From the human T2T-CHM13v2.0 reference genome, Homo sapiens, in NCBI RefSeq assembly GCF_009914755.1, contig NC_060926.1: a stretch of 64,000 nucleotides of DNA; one strand, 5' to 3'. The notes beneath the pieces were generated by a model. That model was given only the letters and a program-made list of their open reading frames with translations. It did no database searches and had not been told where the DNA came from. Below are positions 45,290 to 57,418 of this stretch, in pieces (the stretch's first letter is position 1; the number at the start of each line of letters is the position of its first letter). Made by a program: the position numbers and the translations under genes.

Positions 45290-47480
45290 GTTGCCAGTGC
45301 GCTTAGCAGAGTAGGAAGCTCGAAGCGCAAAGCAACCGGACCGAGGCAGCTCTGCCTTCTTGCAGCCCAAGGGTCCTGCAAGCCGCTCTTTCTCTCTGCG
45401 CAGCTTCAGCGATCCAGGCGCGCAGGGCCCGGCTGAATGCTAATTTGGGATACACAGGAGCGCAAGTTCACCGAGTTTTCCGCAGTTTTGCAAATCCTTT
45501 TCCCTCTCCCCATGCCTCGCGGTTTAAGACCACGCGATTTCCCAAAAAGAAAAACTCAAAAGATGCCAGGCGCCGGGCTGGAGTCACTTAGAGCCAGCTC
45601 TGGCTGCTCCTCCGCCTCCCCGACCCCCGGCCGCCGCTCCGCCCTGCCCCTCGCGCCTCGACCCCTTCTCCCGAAACTCCGTCCTCTCCGCCGAGGGGCT
45701 GCCTTGCCCCCAACCCACCCCCCGCGTGGAGAATAAACACAGTTGACATCACTCTTATAATCTTTATTTAAAACTGTTTCCAAGGTTACAAATTGCCGAG
45801 CCTCGTATGCAACAGGTTCCTCCAAAGCGGTATCATTACAGATTAACTGTAATGTGTAGGATTAGAATAAAAGCATAAGGGATTAGGTAAAAGGGCGACG
45901 CTCCAGACATAACGCCCGAGCGCATCTCGACTGAGTCAGCCTAGGGAGACTGCGAAGGCGCAGGGTGTCGGGGCGCCACGGGGCCGCAAAGCCGGACTCG
46001 GTTCCTCCGCTCCCAGCCCTGGCCCCGGCCCCAGAGCGGTCGGGACAGCGGCGCCGGAAGGGCCAACGCGGCCGAAGGTTTCGGAGCCAGGCTTCCCGGG
46101 CGTCAGGGGCTAGGGACGGGTCCCCGGAGCTGGGGAAGATGAGGGGCCGAGAGGCCGTGGAGGCGGAGGACGCGGGCAAGCCACGGCCCGGCTGGGAGCT
46201 TCGGGAAGCGCCGCGCCCGGGACGCGGTCTCCGGGCGGGGCGAAGCGCAGGGAAGGCGGCGAGGGGGTCCCCACACCCGCACGGGGCACCGGGTTTGTCC
46301 ATGTGGGTGACACTGCCTTCAAGGCCCAGGCCCGATGGGGCCCTTCCTGGCGTCCTCCTCACCCCCACTCCGCCGCGCCTCCCCTGTCCAGCTGGGGCTG
46401 GGGACAGCGGCAGGGGCTGGGCAGCCGCGCAGGCCGCCCGCACCCTTCCGAGCCCAGGCCTCGGGCCTTCGCCGCCCGCCCAGGCCGTGCGCCCTATTGG
46501 ACCACCTTCCCCCCGGCCTTCGCCTGCCCCTCTCGCGCCAGGAAGGCCCTGGAGCTCCCTCTCCCCCTCACACCGCTTCCTGCGGGGCCAGGGCTCGCCG
46601 TGCTGGCCCCATTTGGACTCAGGCCTGACCTGGGCCACGGCCTCAGGCCGCTGACGCAGCCCCGAGGGCTGTTTGCGTGTTGGGGTGGAGGGCGCGGGGC
46701 TGGAAAAACAAACAGGGCGGGGGCGCGGAGGTTTGGGGTGGGGGCCGCAGGGGGCTGGAAGGAAGTGCGCAGTGTGGCGAGAGCGCGAACAAAGCCCTCT
46801 CCGGAGCCCCGTCACCCCTCGGTGACCCCAGGCCCGCCCCGCTGAGCCGCGGGGCTCCCGGGCCTCGCCTCCGAGCAGGCCGCACCGCCCGGTGGGCGCA
46901 CGTCAGGCCTCCGCGGCCGCCCGGGCCAGTGCTCCCCTCGGTCCCCGCAGGCCGAGCCCGCGGCCGGCCCCGAAGGCGCGAGGGACAGCGCGGCCGGCGG
47001 TGGAGCCTCACTCAGGCACGGAGCCCACAGAGCGAGGCTGAGGAGGACTCCATGCTGTTGTCCGTCGGGAAACCGGACTACTCTGGGGCGCGCTGGAGCC
47101 ACCATTCTGCCAGCAGCCGGGGAGGGGCCGCGAGGGCTCCCAAGTGGACGGAAGTAGGCGACCAACTTCGCCGCGACTCCTGCTTCCTAGAGAAGGGCCT
47201 TGGCTGAGGAGGCGGCGGGAGGGGACTGTTGCAAACAGCTGTTCCTCATACATATTTCATTACACAATCAGATAATGCGTCCCACCACCTTCTCAATTAT
47301 TCACAGATAAACATTTTCAAGACGTTTTGACATCTGTCTTAGTGCCTGCTATTAATTTAGTAATCACTGTAGTTAAAAATGTATGGGATTTTTGCCGTCG
47401 GAGCACCTCGTATCCGGCGCGCGGGCCCAGTGTGGGACTGCGGCTGGGAGCCCGGGCCCTCCGGGAGTGAAGATACCTTT
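45290..47480. promoter_or_regulatory. CpG island 1 (distal)
   Basis: Very high GC and CpG density by eye; abrupt switch from AT-rich sequence at about 45.3 kb. Confidence 0.85.
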
Positions 47481-49731
47481 GGAGGTGAGACGGCCTCTCT
47501 AGCGCGTTGACACTGTTGATGGAAGGGATTAAAGGGGTATCAGGTTATTTTAATTTATTGTTGAAGATGATGACTGCCCCCTCCCCGATCCGCATACCGT
47601 CCTCACTTTCCCACCCCAACCCTAGACCCGACAACACCGTTCAGCCCTTTGCCCCGGGCAGCGGAAATGGTTAGCTTCCTCTAGGAGTTTCTGCTGAGGA
47701 AGGCGCAGGCAACCCTAGTCGGCTTAGAGAGAGACAACCGCACGCGATCACCGAGCACGATTTCTCCCAACAAAAAAACTAACAATAATAGCGATCCACA
47801 CACTCAAGAGGTCTCAAACCTCCGAAGTTTTGCCCCGAGTCTTGTGGCCCTGGCAGAGGTGACAAGGGCATTTGGGAAAGACAGAGAAAAATAAATTCGC
47901 TCCAGTGACTGTACACGGGGCATTTGAGGCTGTGAGAAAACGAGTTGCTTTTCTGCTTGAGTGATAAATGTTGCAACGGGCATAGCTATGTAGAAGCAAA
48001 CAGTTTTTAAAACCAGAGAAGCAGAGTTTGACGAACCTTGTAAGGCTGAAAATAATAGCATACATTTCCAACTTCAAGATGCTGTGATTAATTGTTGGGA
48101 AAGCTCTAGATAAATTACCCAAACGGGGGAAATACTCAAAGGTAAACGAGTTTGTTTCTTTGTGTTCTGAATCTCAGCTGCCAGGAATGAAAGTTACACT
48201 TTTAGTTTGAGAGTGATGTCTATTTACTTCTCTTCCTTCTGTCGCAGTCTCTTTCCCAGGTGAGTTAGCAAGTGGACTTTGATTTTTAAAACTACCTCAT
48301 TTGGGAACGAGGAAAAACAAATCTGGTGAAAGAAAATGGCCCTGGAAGAAACTGCCCTTCTAACGAAGATTAAGTGACTCCAAAGTGATTTTCACTCTTT
48401 ATTGTTCAAAATATCCACAAGAACAAACTCGCTAAAATTTCCAGGAATTAACTGTATCTAGAAAAAGAAAAGGACATAGTGTTTGCCCCCAAAAGAGAAG
48501 ACATTCACACCCCCATACTCTTCTGTTTCTAGGGCAACTACATCTGCAGAAACATGTCCTCCTGTGGCGTTTTCCGGGTAGTTGATTTCTTCTTCACAAA
48601 ATGGGCCCTCCTCTGCCCCTTGGAGGGTGGTCATCCGACTTGCTGGCCCAGAAAGTCCTTTTTTTCCACCTTCTTTGTCTAAATGAATCTTCTTGGACTT
48701 ACACTCCACTTTCAGATGAGAGAGCGAGGCTCAGAAGATGTGCTCAAAAGAGAGAAAGTTAGGAAAGGAGGTGAAGTGGAAGCGAGGGCGCCCCTGCTCC
48801 CAGGGAGCCTGCCTCTTCTGCAGGAAACCGGGAGGTAGCCACTAGAACTGGTTAGGCAAAGGGAGCTCACACTAAAAACAAGCCTATGTAGAGTAGTTTC
48901 TCAGGCCTTGCCCAAGAGCCACTCTGGAAACTCCTCTTGGCAACCCCCCAACTCCGCCCGGACACCGTGCTCAGCCAGAGACAGGGGAGCAGGGGGTGAG
49001 GACTTCCCAATATATCACAAAAAATTTTTTTAAATAAACTATGTAATTTGGTTTACTTTGAAGTGTGTTCTTCTGCAAACATATCTGACATACAGGGTAT
49101 TGGGGTGGAGTTGGGGGCAGGAGGGTGTGGATCCTTTTGAATGATCAAGTTTAGGATAAGAAGGGTGAAAGGGGCAAAATAAGGGCCCTCCAGCTTCTCA
49201 GGCCATGGTTAGAGCTAAATGTTCCTATTAAGAATTATGAATCTCCCAGCAGTGAGTGAGAACTTGCATACGCGCCACCCAAATCCTTTTTCAGAATGCA
49301 AACCCCTAGGTCAAAAATAATAAGAAATAAACAATAAAAACAATCTCGGTCAAAATGAATCTTTCCTGGATTGTCCTTTTCTGGGTATCTCCAACAGAGC
49401 TGAGAGGAAGGCTAAAAGGTTGGCTCTGAGTGGATGAGGCCTTGGTTCTTTCTAGTGGCCAGGACTTGACCTGAAACCTTTCACCCAGTCGGCTCAACAA
49501 AGTTTCTCCCTCCGAGCCAACGTCCCTCTAGCAGGAAGCCCCCTTGGCCTTGCGGCCTGCGTCCTCATTCGGCGAACTCTCCCGTTCACGGCTTCCTGTA
49601 CATCTGCCCTTGTGGTTGGGGTCACTCCTCGCAGGCACTGTGGCTTTTGTCTGCATCTGGACAACAGGGTGTGCACCCGTGTATTCAAATAATTATGCCT
49701 GTGGGCACTTCTTTATTCCTCAAATTCCTGT

Positions 49732-49774
49732 TAGTGTTCCTTTAATTCTCCCGTAGTGTTCCTTTAATTCTCCC
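49732..49774. repeat. Perfect 21-bp tandem duplication tagtgttcctttaattctccc
   Basis: Copies at 49732-52 and 49754-74. Confidence 0.95.
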
Positions 49775-49779
49775 ATGTG

Positions 49780-52700
49780 TATTCGGTACGATTGCCTGTA
49801 CGTTCCAGGCATAGTCAGGTGACTCAGCTTGAGTCTGAGCTCAAACGTGCGCGACCCCCTGGGTCTGCATGGGGAGAAGGAGGTGTGCACGTGCAAACGC
49901 GGGACTTTGGGTGGAGTGTGAGGTTGATAGGGCTTTCGGCCCCAGGGCCCTCTAGGCCTCTTTTAAATACCTTCATCTGCCCAATTTCTTAACCTTTCAG
50001 GACAAGGAGGGAGACCCTCCGCGATCCTGCGCCTTGCCACCCTTTGGGAAGGATAGGACCATCATCTAGGGCGTCTCTCGGTGGACTGTGGCTGGGCCGG
50101 GCTGAATGGGCGGGCGGAGGTCTCGAGGTCGTCTGCTGGCTCTCGATTGCTCCCATCACCCAAGCCACCTCGAGGTCGAGTGCGCCCTGGGGCTATGTCT
50201 GGGGAGGTCATGGCGTCTCGGGGCGAATGATATGCACGTTTTGGGGCAAAACTCTCCTAGGCCTCGCAGGAGCAGCTGTATTTGTAACTTGGAATTGGCC
50301 TGGGCCCGCCTCCCTTGGCCCCTCCTCCAGCTCCTACCTCAACACGCAGCGCTCAGCGGGCTGCCAGAGTGAGCTTCCCGGACCACCCCCAAGCACCCTG
50401 GGGCCTCACCATCCTTCAGGGTCCCTGGGGCATCCTAGAGGCCTGGATCTGGAAGAATGGGGGCCAACAAGAGTGGCCAGGGCTCTCCTGGGGCGGTTTT
50501 GCGATGTATTCCTCCGCTAGAATTAGCCTTTCGGGCCTGCGCGCCTACAGGTTTCAGAGGCCAGCGGGAACGGTGGCCTCGGGTGTGTGGGGGTGAGGGG
50601 TGTGGTGTGTGTGCACGTGTTCACGCGCGACTAGAAGCGGTTCCTTGTGCATTTCTAGAATCTTGTAGATGTGTTTTCTCGTGAGAATGATGCAGACTTA
50701 CTGCTGACTTAAGGTCAGTTTGTTTGAAAAGGGAGAACGTCAGTCCGATGGTCGGTGGTTGTGTCTCTCCTGAGCATTCGTACAAAGTGAAGCCACCTCC
50801 CCTCCGCCATGCAGTCTCCCAGACCGGGTCAAAGGACCCAGGCTCCAGGTCGCTGAGGCCTGGAGGGCTGAGGCCCTTGCTGTGCGCCCTGGTGCTCTGA
50901 TCCCAAGGCCCAAGCTGCCCCGGTACCCACTTAGGGTCAGGGTGGAAAGCCTACGTGGGAAAGGGGGACCTGGAGGACTACCCCCACGCCCATGGCAGGA
51001 TGGAGTCCCGACCTTGGCATATTGGACCTACTCACTTGGCATCTCCCTGCCCCGACCCCGTCTGGGATCCGTATTGGCAGCGACGAGGAAGGGAGGAATG
51101 GTAAGGGAGTTGGGTCGGTACAGGACGGAAGTGAAGATGGAAAGAGAGAAGAAAAATAAACAAAACTGGGTAGGGACATGGAGATGGGTGAGGCAGGGGT
51201 AGGGGTGGAGTTGGGGCTGCCTCGGGGAGCAGCGGCTTTTCACCCTGCTATAGGGAGGTGCGTTTGGCTGAGCTGTCCCCCCACCAAATAAAGCTAATGA
51301 TGTAGTAATTTAGGAGGGGGAGAGGGGCTGGGCAAAAGGAGAGAGGGGAGAGGATGGGGAAACGCGCGCCCCAAGAGCAAAAGCAAACAGCTGTGGAGGC
51401 GCTGCCCGCGGCTCAGGCTTCCCAACAGGTTAGCTATACTGGGATCCACCCGGCATTTCGCAGGAAGGGGTGGGGGGAAGACAGAGCGAGAGGGGGAGAG
51501 AGGCTCACAAGAGGACAGAGGGAGGGAGGGAAAGAGAGATAGGAGCCAGAGAGCGCACCGCGCGGCTTAAAAGGAGAGACTTACTAATGAATATTTATCC
51601 GCCGCTGCTCCGTGCTCCCGGCTTCCCTTACCTTTCGGCAGGTAAGATCCTCCCTGTGCCCCAGCCCCGGGGGCCCTCCTAGCTCCCCAGTCGGGGAGCC
51701 TGTGGCTGGGCGGGAGGGCTCTCCGTTGGTGGGGGTGGGAGGGCGGCTCTACTCTGCGTTCACTTTGGGTGCCCAGGCATGCGACCCTGCACGACTAGGA
51801 ACCGCGTGCGTGGGCTCCATGTGTGGAATGAGTGTGAGCATGTAAGAGTGTGTTTGTGTGTGTGCGAGAGAGAGACAGAGAGACTATGCGCCCGCAAGCG
51901 CGCGCGCGCGCCTGTTTGTGGCGCGCTCTGGAAACATTTTCCGACTTTTCACTCGGACGCCCTGGATTTCTCGCCTTTGCCTTTCTCTGCTTCCCCTCCC
52001 TCTTCTCTCGCCCTCCCCTCCCCCACCCAGGTCTACCCCACCCTACCCCACTCCTACCCCGGCTGCTGAGGCGCTCTTCTGCCGGCTATTGTACGGCTGG
52101 CGCGGGCTCCCCCTGGCCACATCCCGGGCCTCTCACACAAGAAGAATAGTTCTGTTTCCGCCGTAAACCCCCACACAAAGGCTGCCCGGCCACCGGGTCC
52201 CCTGTCCCCCTTCCCGGGGACTTCGGCTTTTGAGGTGCTGCTGCGCGTTCTTTCTCCCTCCCCCTCTCAGGGCGCCAGGGCCCAGACCAAGGAGCTAAGA
52301 GTGATCGGGACTTGGGGGTACCGGGTGGAACTCCTTGGGGGCCGCCCGCCAGGCTTCCTGGGCTGCAACTCGGAGCCCAGAGACCCCCAGGGGAAGGGCG
52401 CCTCTTCCCCCACCACCACCCCAGCCGTCGCCTGCGGGAGGAGCACGGGGAACCCGGCCCAGCCAAAGGGGGAAGAGGGAGGGGAAAAGGAAGAAGGTCG
52501 GGGAGGGGCTGACCATATAACCAGAATTCTTTAAACGGACTTACCCGGCCACCTGTTGAGAATCCATGTGGGGTCGGCTGGCTCCGGAGTTGCGCAAGGT
52601 GGACACACAAAACCAAAAGCCGGAGTTGGGAAAAGAAAATTCTTTCTCTGACCATGCCAGACGCGGCCGGTCAGGCTCGCAGCTCCGCGCTAGGATCGGG

Positions 52701-53360
52701 CGGCTGTACAACCAAGATCGACTTTGCCCTGTCCCCCAACGCCCCCCTCATCCCACGGCTCCACGGCTGGGAGGCTCCGGACTCAGAGCTCGCGGACTCG
52801 GCGCTCAGGGTCAGCACCAGCAGCTCGGCTTAAGCCGGGGCAGGCTCTCTAAGCCCTGCTCAGAAGTCAAGAGCAGCAGTGCTGCCTCTCCTCGCCGCCT
52901 TTCATGCCGCGGCCGCTCCTTATTCTTGTGTCTCGGCCTCTCCCGGCCCCCTCGGACAAAACCCCCAGAGCCCGGCCACTCTCTTCCCGCTAAATCCCCT
53001 TCGGGGTCAGTGCTCTACCAGCACCGGGCCGCGCGCCTCTCCTGCCAGCCGTGTGGCTCTTAAAGAGCTGCACCCCTCCTCCGCCCTGCGCGATCCCCCG
53101 ACCCCCGCCTCCCCTCCCCTCTCCTCCGGATCTAGCCCCCCACGCCGACGCCTGAGGTCCCTGCTGCCCCGACCGATGCCTGCGGACTCCCAGCCCCCTC
53201 CCCTCGCCTCCTCCCCTGAGCAGCCGGTGGGCCTGGCCTCGAGGCCACAGGGCTGAGTTCTACCCTCGCCTCAGGTCCCCTTTCTCACCAGCAGCGCACA
53301 CCCCTCCCTTCCCCGCCCCTACTTTAGCCCTCTGGGTCGATCAAGGCCCGGGCACCGCCT
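49780..53360. promoter_or_regulatory. CpG island cluster 2 (possible alternative promoter near 51.5 kb)
   Basis: Dense CpG, (CG)n run at about 51898-51910, TATA-like cttaaaag at about 51566, splice donors on both strands. Confidence 0.75.
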
Positions 53361-54679
53361 TTGCCCAGCTCAGAGGTGATGCCTAAAGATTGCCAGTTTA
53401 GGGTTAAGTTAGGGGGTTATGTGATGGGAAATGGGGCAGGGCATGCTAGCGGAGCTAGGGAGAGAGAAAGGAAGAGAAGCAAACCAGATGGACTTGGAGG
53501 GCTCTCTGTATCCCAGGGCCTACCTGGCCTTTTGGTTCCTTTCCACGACCTCCCAGAGACGCTCACGCGGGCACGGGGTCCTGAGGTTACCAACCTGACC
53601 AGGCCCACTGTGTGTCTGAGGGATCCTGGGCATGTTTGTGTTTGTGTGTTGGGGGGTGGGGTCCAGAAAGTCCTGAGTGTGGATTTGGAGCAGCCTGCTT
53701 CCCAAGCCCAGAGCATTAATTCCCCCCAAAAGTAACCCTTAAGGGCCCAAGAGCTGTGTATGCAAGGAGGGAGTGAAGGACCTTGAGCTCCGACTGTCCA
53801 GGGAAAAGGGCATCAGAGGAGAGGGGAGACAGAAAGGGAAGGAAGGCTACACTTCCTGAGGACTGAAGCACAATTTTTAAGAGGGTGTCTTATATTTACT
53901 GGCCAGCCATGTCAGCTGCCCCACTAAGAAAAGGTGAAGTAGATGACTGCTTTGGTTTCCCTTCCTTCCAGGTCTCTGGCTCTCTGCCTCTCTGCCAGGC
54001 TGCCAGGCCAGTCTTGCAGGGTGGTCTTGCCTATAGCACTTTTTTTGCCAGGCCTCCCTGGGACTAGAAGCCAAAGAAGGGATACCTCTGTTGAGGGGGA
54101 GTGCAGGACGGGCTGTGGTCCCCTGCCTTCCCTACTGCCACTTGTCATAACATGTGACTGGGCTCTGTGAATGGTGGAGGCAATGATGGGTTAGGGAGGG
54201 GAGCTGCCCACCCTTTCTCAAATCCAAGTCCTGGCACACCAGGTCTGGCTGTTCAGAAGGGGAACCTTGGGAAGAAGTGTGTGGCCTCTGGGCAGTGGAA
54301 GCCAAGGGAACCTAAGGTGATAGGAGGATGGAAGGCTGACCCTCAGCCACCCCAGCATTAGTCCAGATGCACCTTTAAGGAACTGGAGTAACTAATTGAT
54401 TTGCAATTGGTCCACTTGGGAGAGGCTGGCAGTGCACTCCCTGGGCTGGATCCTGAGACAGCAAAAGCCTCTCCTGCCACCCGCTCCCCTCCCTGCACTG
54501 CCCCCAACCAGTATGGCTCACACCTCCCAACTCTCCAGCCCCTCTCTCTTGGGAATGGGTAACTGCAGGCAGCTAGGCTGGGTTTGTGCCCACCCTCCTG
54601 GGCCTGGCAGTGGGAGGTGCCGTGGTTCAAGACAGAGCCAAACTTCCCCTGTTTCAGAATGTGGGGGGTGGAGGGTCCT

Positions 54680-57200
54680 TTAGAGGGCGGCGGGGCTCAT
54701 TAGGCAGAGCAGGGTGCCGAGAGGTGCGCGTCGCCGGCCCCTGAGGCCGCCTTTGAGCCGTCGGGGCGGCTTCATTAAGCTGCGCTAACAAGGCGTACAA
54801 ATGCCGAGCCCAGCAGCTTTCTTGCAATGCCCGGCCTTAGCAGGGCGCCGGACTAATGAGGGTCACTCAAAGGGGCTGATCAAATATTCAAATTTCCCCG
54901 CACGCCAGGAACTTTTATGCATGGAGAAAGTTGAGGCAACTGAGCTGTGTTTACTGTCCGGGGCGACAATTGCTTGGAGCGCCAGTCCCCGGAGGCTAAG
55001 GCGGGGGGCGGGGGTGCGGGGAGGGAGCAGTTGTTGTTGTTGTTTTTCAAAGGAAAGTAATCGGGGTCCTTGAAGGGCTTCGCGGCCTCCCCGCCTGCGT
55101 GCTGCGCTCCCCTGCGCCCTCCCTGGCCGCCCGCGCCAAGCGCCTCAGTTTGCAGCTTGCGGGGAGGCCCCGACTACGGGCCACCCGGCCAGCCTCCGCC
55201 TCCCGACATCCTGGGAGCCGGAAGGGGCGTTGCCCCCACAGGGCAAACCTTCCCCCGGCCTCCTGGTCGGCTGTTTAGAGCTGAGCAAGGCCAAGTGGGT
55301 GCAGCTGCCCCAACCCTCCGGATCCTCGTCTCCCGGAGGCCTGCAGACCCGTTGGCTTTCCCTGTAACCCAAAACAAGGAGAGAGTGGGAGGTCTCTCGG
55401 GCGTTCTCCAGATGTGGTTGAGACTTTCCCAGTGCTGGGGTGGCGGGTGACATTTGTAAATAAATGCCAGTTGGTCCGGGTACAAGGAGAACACTATTTA
55501 AACCCCAAAGACATTTTTTCTCCCTGCCCCACCTGAAGGCGATATTTTAGATCGCCGGGGCCAGGATTGAAGCGGGGATGATGGCAGCAAATTTGTTCTG
55601 CACAGGTGACCCGGCCTGTACGGGCGCCAAGTCCCAGATCCCGCAATCAGAGCGGCCAGAGAGCAGAGAAGAGACCTAGAGGATCTGCAAGCTGACCTAT
55701 CCACCCGAGACTCTCCGCTCTGAGCGACCCCAGGGTGCAGGCGCCCTCCACGCGCCACCTCCTCTAGCGGTCCCCCAGGGTCCCTTCCCAGTCCTCGCAC
55801 TGCCCTAGGGCTTGCTTGGTTCCCAGACCAGCGTGGAAGGCCGCTGGGCCCCGGAACCCAAGGTCCCTCTGCTTCTGCTCCACTCCCCAGTGCCCAGCGC
55901 CTGGGAATTTGGGAGGGGAAGCTCTGGCGCTCCACAGCCCTGCTTCCCACCCAAACACGCACTCAGAACCCCTCGACTGAGATCCTATGGAGCCTGCGCC
56001 CCCAGCCCGGCGGGGAGCCAGTCCGGCCCTCCGCTCTGGGACCAGCCGCCCCGCATCCCTGCCCTGCTCTCCGGACTCTCAACTTACCCGCTCCAGGAGG
56101 CGGGAGTACTGCTTCAGGCCAGAGCCGAAAGGCACTGGCGGCGGCTGGACCGCGAGGTGGGCTCGGTGGGCGGCGCCGAGCTCGGCTCTGCTGGGAGGCG
56201 CGGACAGCCCGGGGCTGCCACCTGCCCCACCGGGTCCTGGCGCACAAAGCTACACGCCTCTCTGCAGCCCTCTGCCCTGCTTCGCGTTCCGGAACCGCGG
56301 TCGCCACCCAAGCAGGCGGGGTGCGGCAGGGCGGCAGGGCGGCAGGCGCTGGGGCAGAGGCTGGGGGGCGGGGGTGTCGCCAGAGTCTCAGCCCCACTTG
56401 CCTCAGTTCTCCCTGAGTGGCGATGGTTTTTTATTTCAGCGCTTTCGGCAGAGCCCGCAGCACCTGCCCAGCCTCCCTCCGGGGCTGGCCGGGCAGTGGC
56501 AGGGAGAGGCCAGGTCGCCACCACCCGGAGGCGGGGGTTTCGGGGACGGGGAGGGGACTGACCGGGTTCACCCGCCCGCCCGGCGCCTGGGTCCCCGGCT
56601 CCGGGGGATGCAGTTTCGGGGTCACGAGCTGCTTTCAAAAAGTTGAACACAATATTCGGAAACCCACCCGTAGGAATTCTCCCCCCACACGCGGCACAAT
56701 ACCCACTCCCCTCCCCTTTTTCATTCCTTCCTCCCCCGCTTCCTCCTCCTGCCCCTTCCCCCTCCCACCCTTCAGCCTATAATCCTTCCCCTACGAGAGA
56801 AAGGGATCGGGAAGAAAACATGAAGTGTCTGTTTTTGTGTCCCAACCTTTGGGCTCTTTCTGGGCCCTCAGTGAATGACCGCCCAGAGCTTTCAGCTGCG
56901 TGGAGAAGGACTCATGGCCAGGAGGAGAGGAAATATATATGGAGTGGAGAGAGCACTGAAATGGGGCTTGGCAGGTCTTCCCTTTGGAGGAATATTTTTC
57001 TGCCCCAGTCGTCGTGTTGAAGACCTGCTACCCCACGGCTGTCTCTGGCTAAGTGAGCCAGTATTGGCCCCTCGCCGGACCCAGGGCCTCCCTGCCGCCC
57101 GGAATCCTCCAAGGAGGCTTGCACTTGTCGGCTTGCTCTTCTCCCCGGCCCTCAGAGGCCTGGCACTGCGGGAGTCAAGGCCTAAGCAGGGCTCCAGCTC
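54680..57200. promoter_or_regulatory. CpG island 3
   Basis: GC/CpG-rich with GC boxes; probable first exon of the minus-strand lncRNA ends at donor 56088. Confidence 0.8.
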
Positions 57201-57418
57201 GGGGTTTAGGGGCTGGGACACTCACAGCCCCAGTCACGTTAGGTTTCCCATTTAAATTCTCTCTCAACCTCTCTTTCTCTCTTCCCTCATTGAGATCACC
57301 AAAGTGGTGTGGACACGGCGCCTTGCCCCCAGATCTGCATCGGAATGCAGAAAAGATCTTTAAAAAAAAAAAAAAAAAGTTTTGAATTCCTCAATGATTT
57401 TTCTTCTGGAAAGGCAGC

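Larger units (their letters stand above)
45750..56470 (-). ncRNA. Divergent multi-exon lncRNA region (LINC01833 / Six3os-like); limits uncertain
   Basis: Strong minus-strand donors: CGG|GTAAGT (56088, 52545), CTG|GTGAGA (53289), AAG|GTAAGG (51632), CAA|GTGAGT (51036), GCA|GTAAGT (50702). Minus-strand acceptors at 53455 and 48458. Minus-strand AATAAA at 45768-45763. An opposite-strand lncRNA upstream of Six3 is known in mammals. Confidence 0.5.

Noticed and set aside
45883-47207. Overlapping 176-310 aa ORFs on both strands
   Set aside because: Low-complexity Pro/Arg/Gly/Ala translations expected from stop-codon scarcity in CpG islands; no domain recognised.
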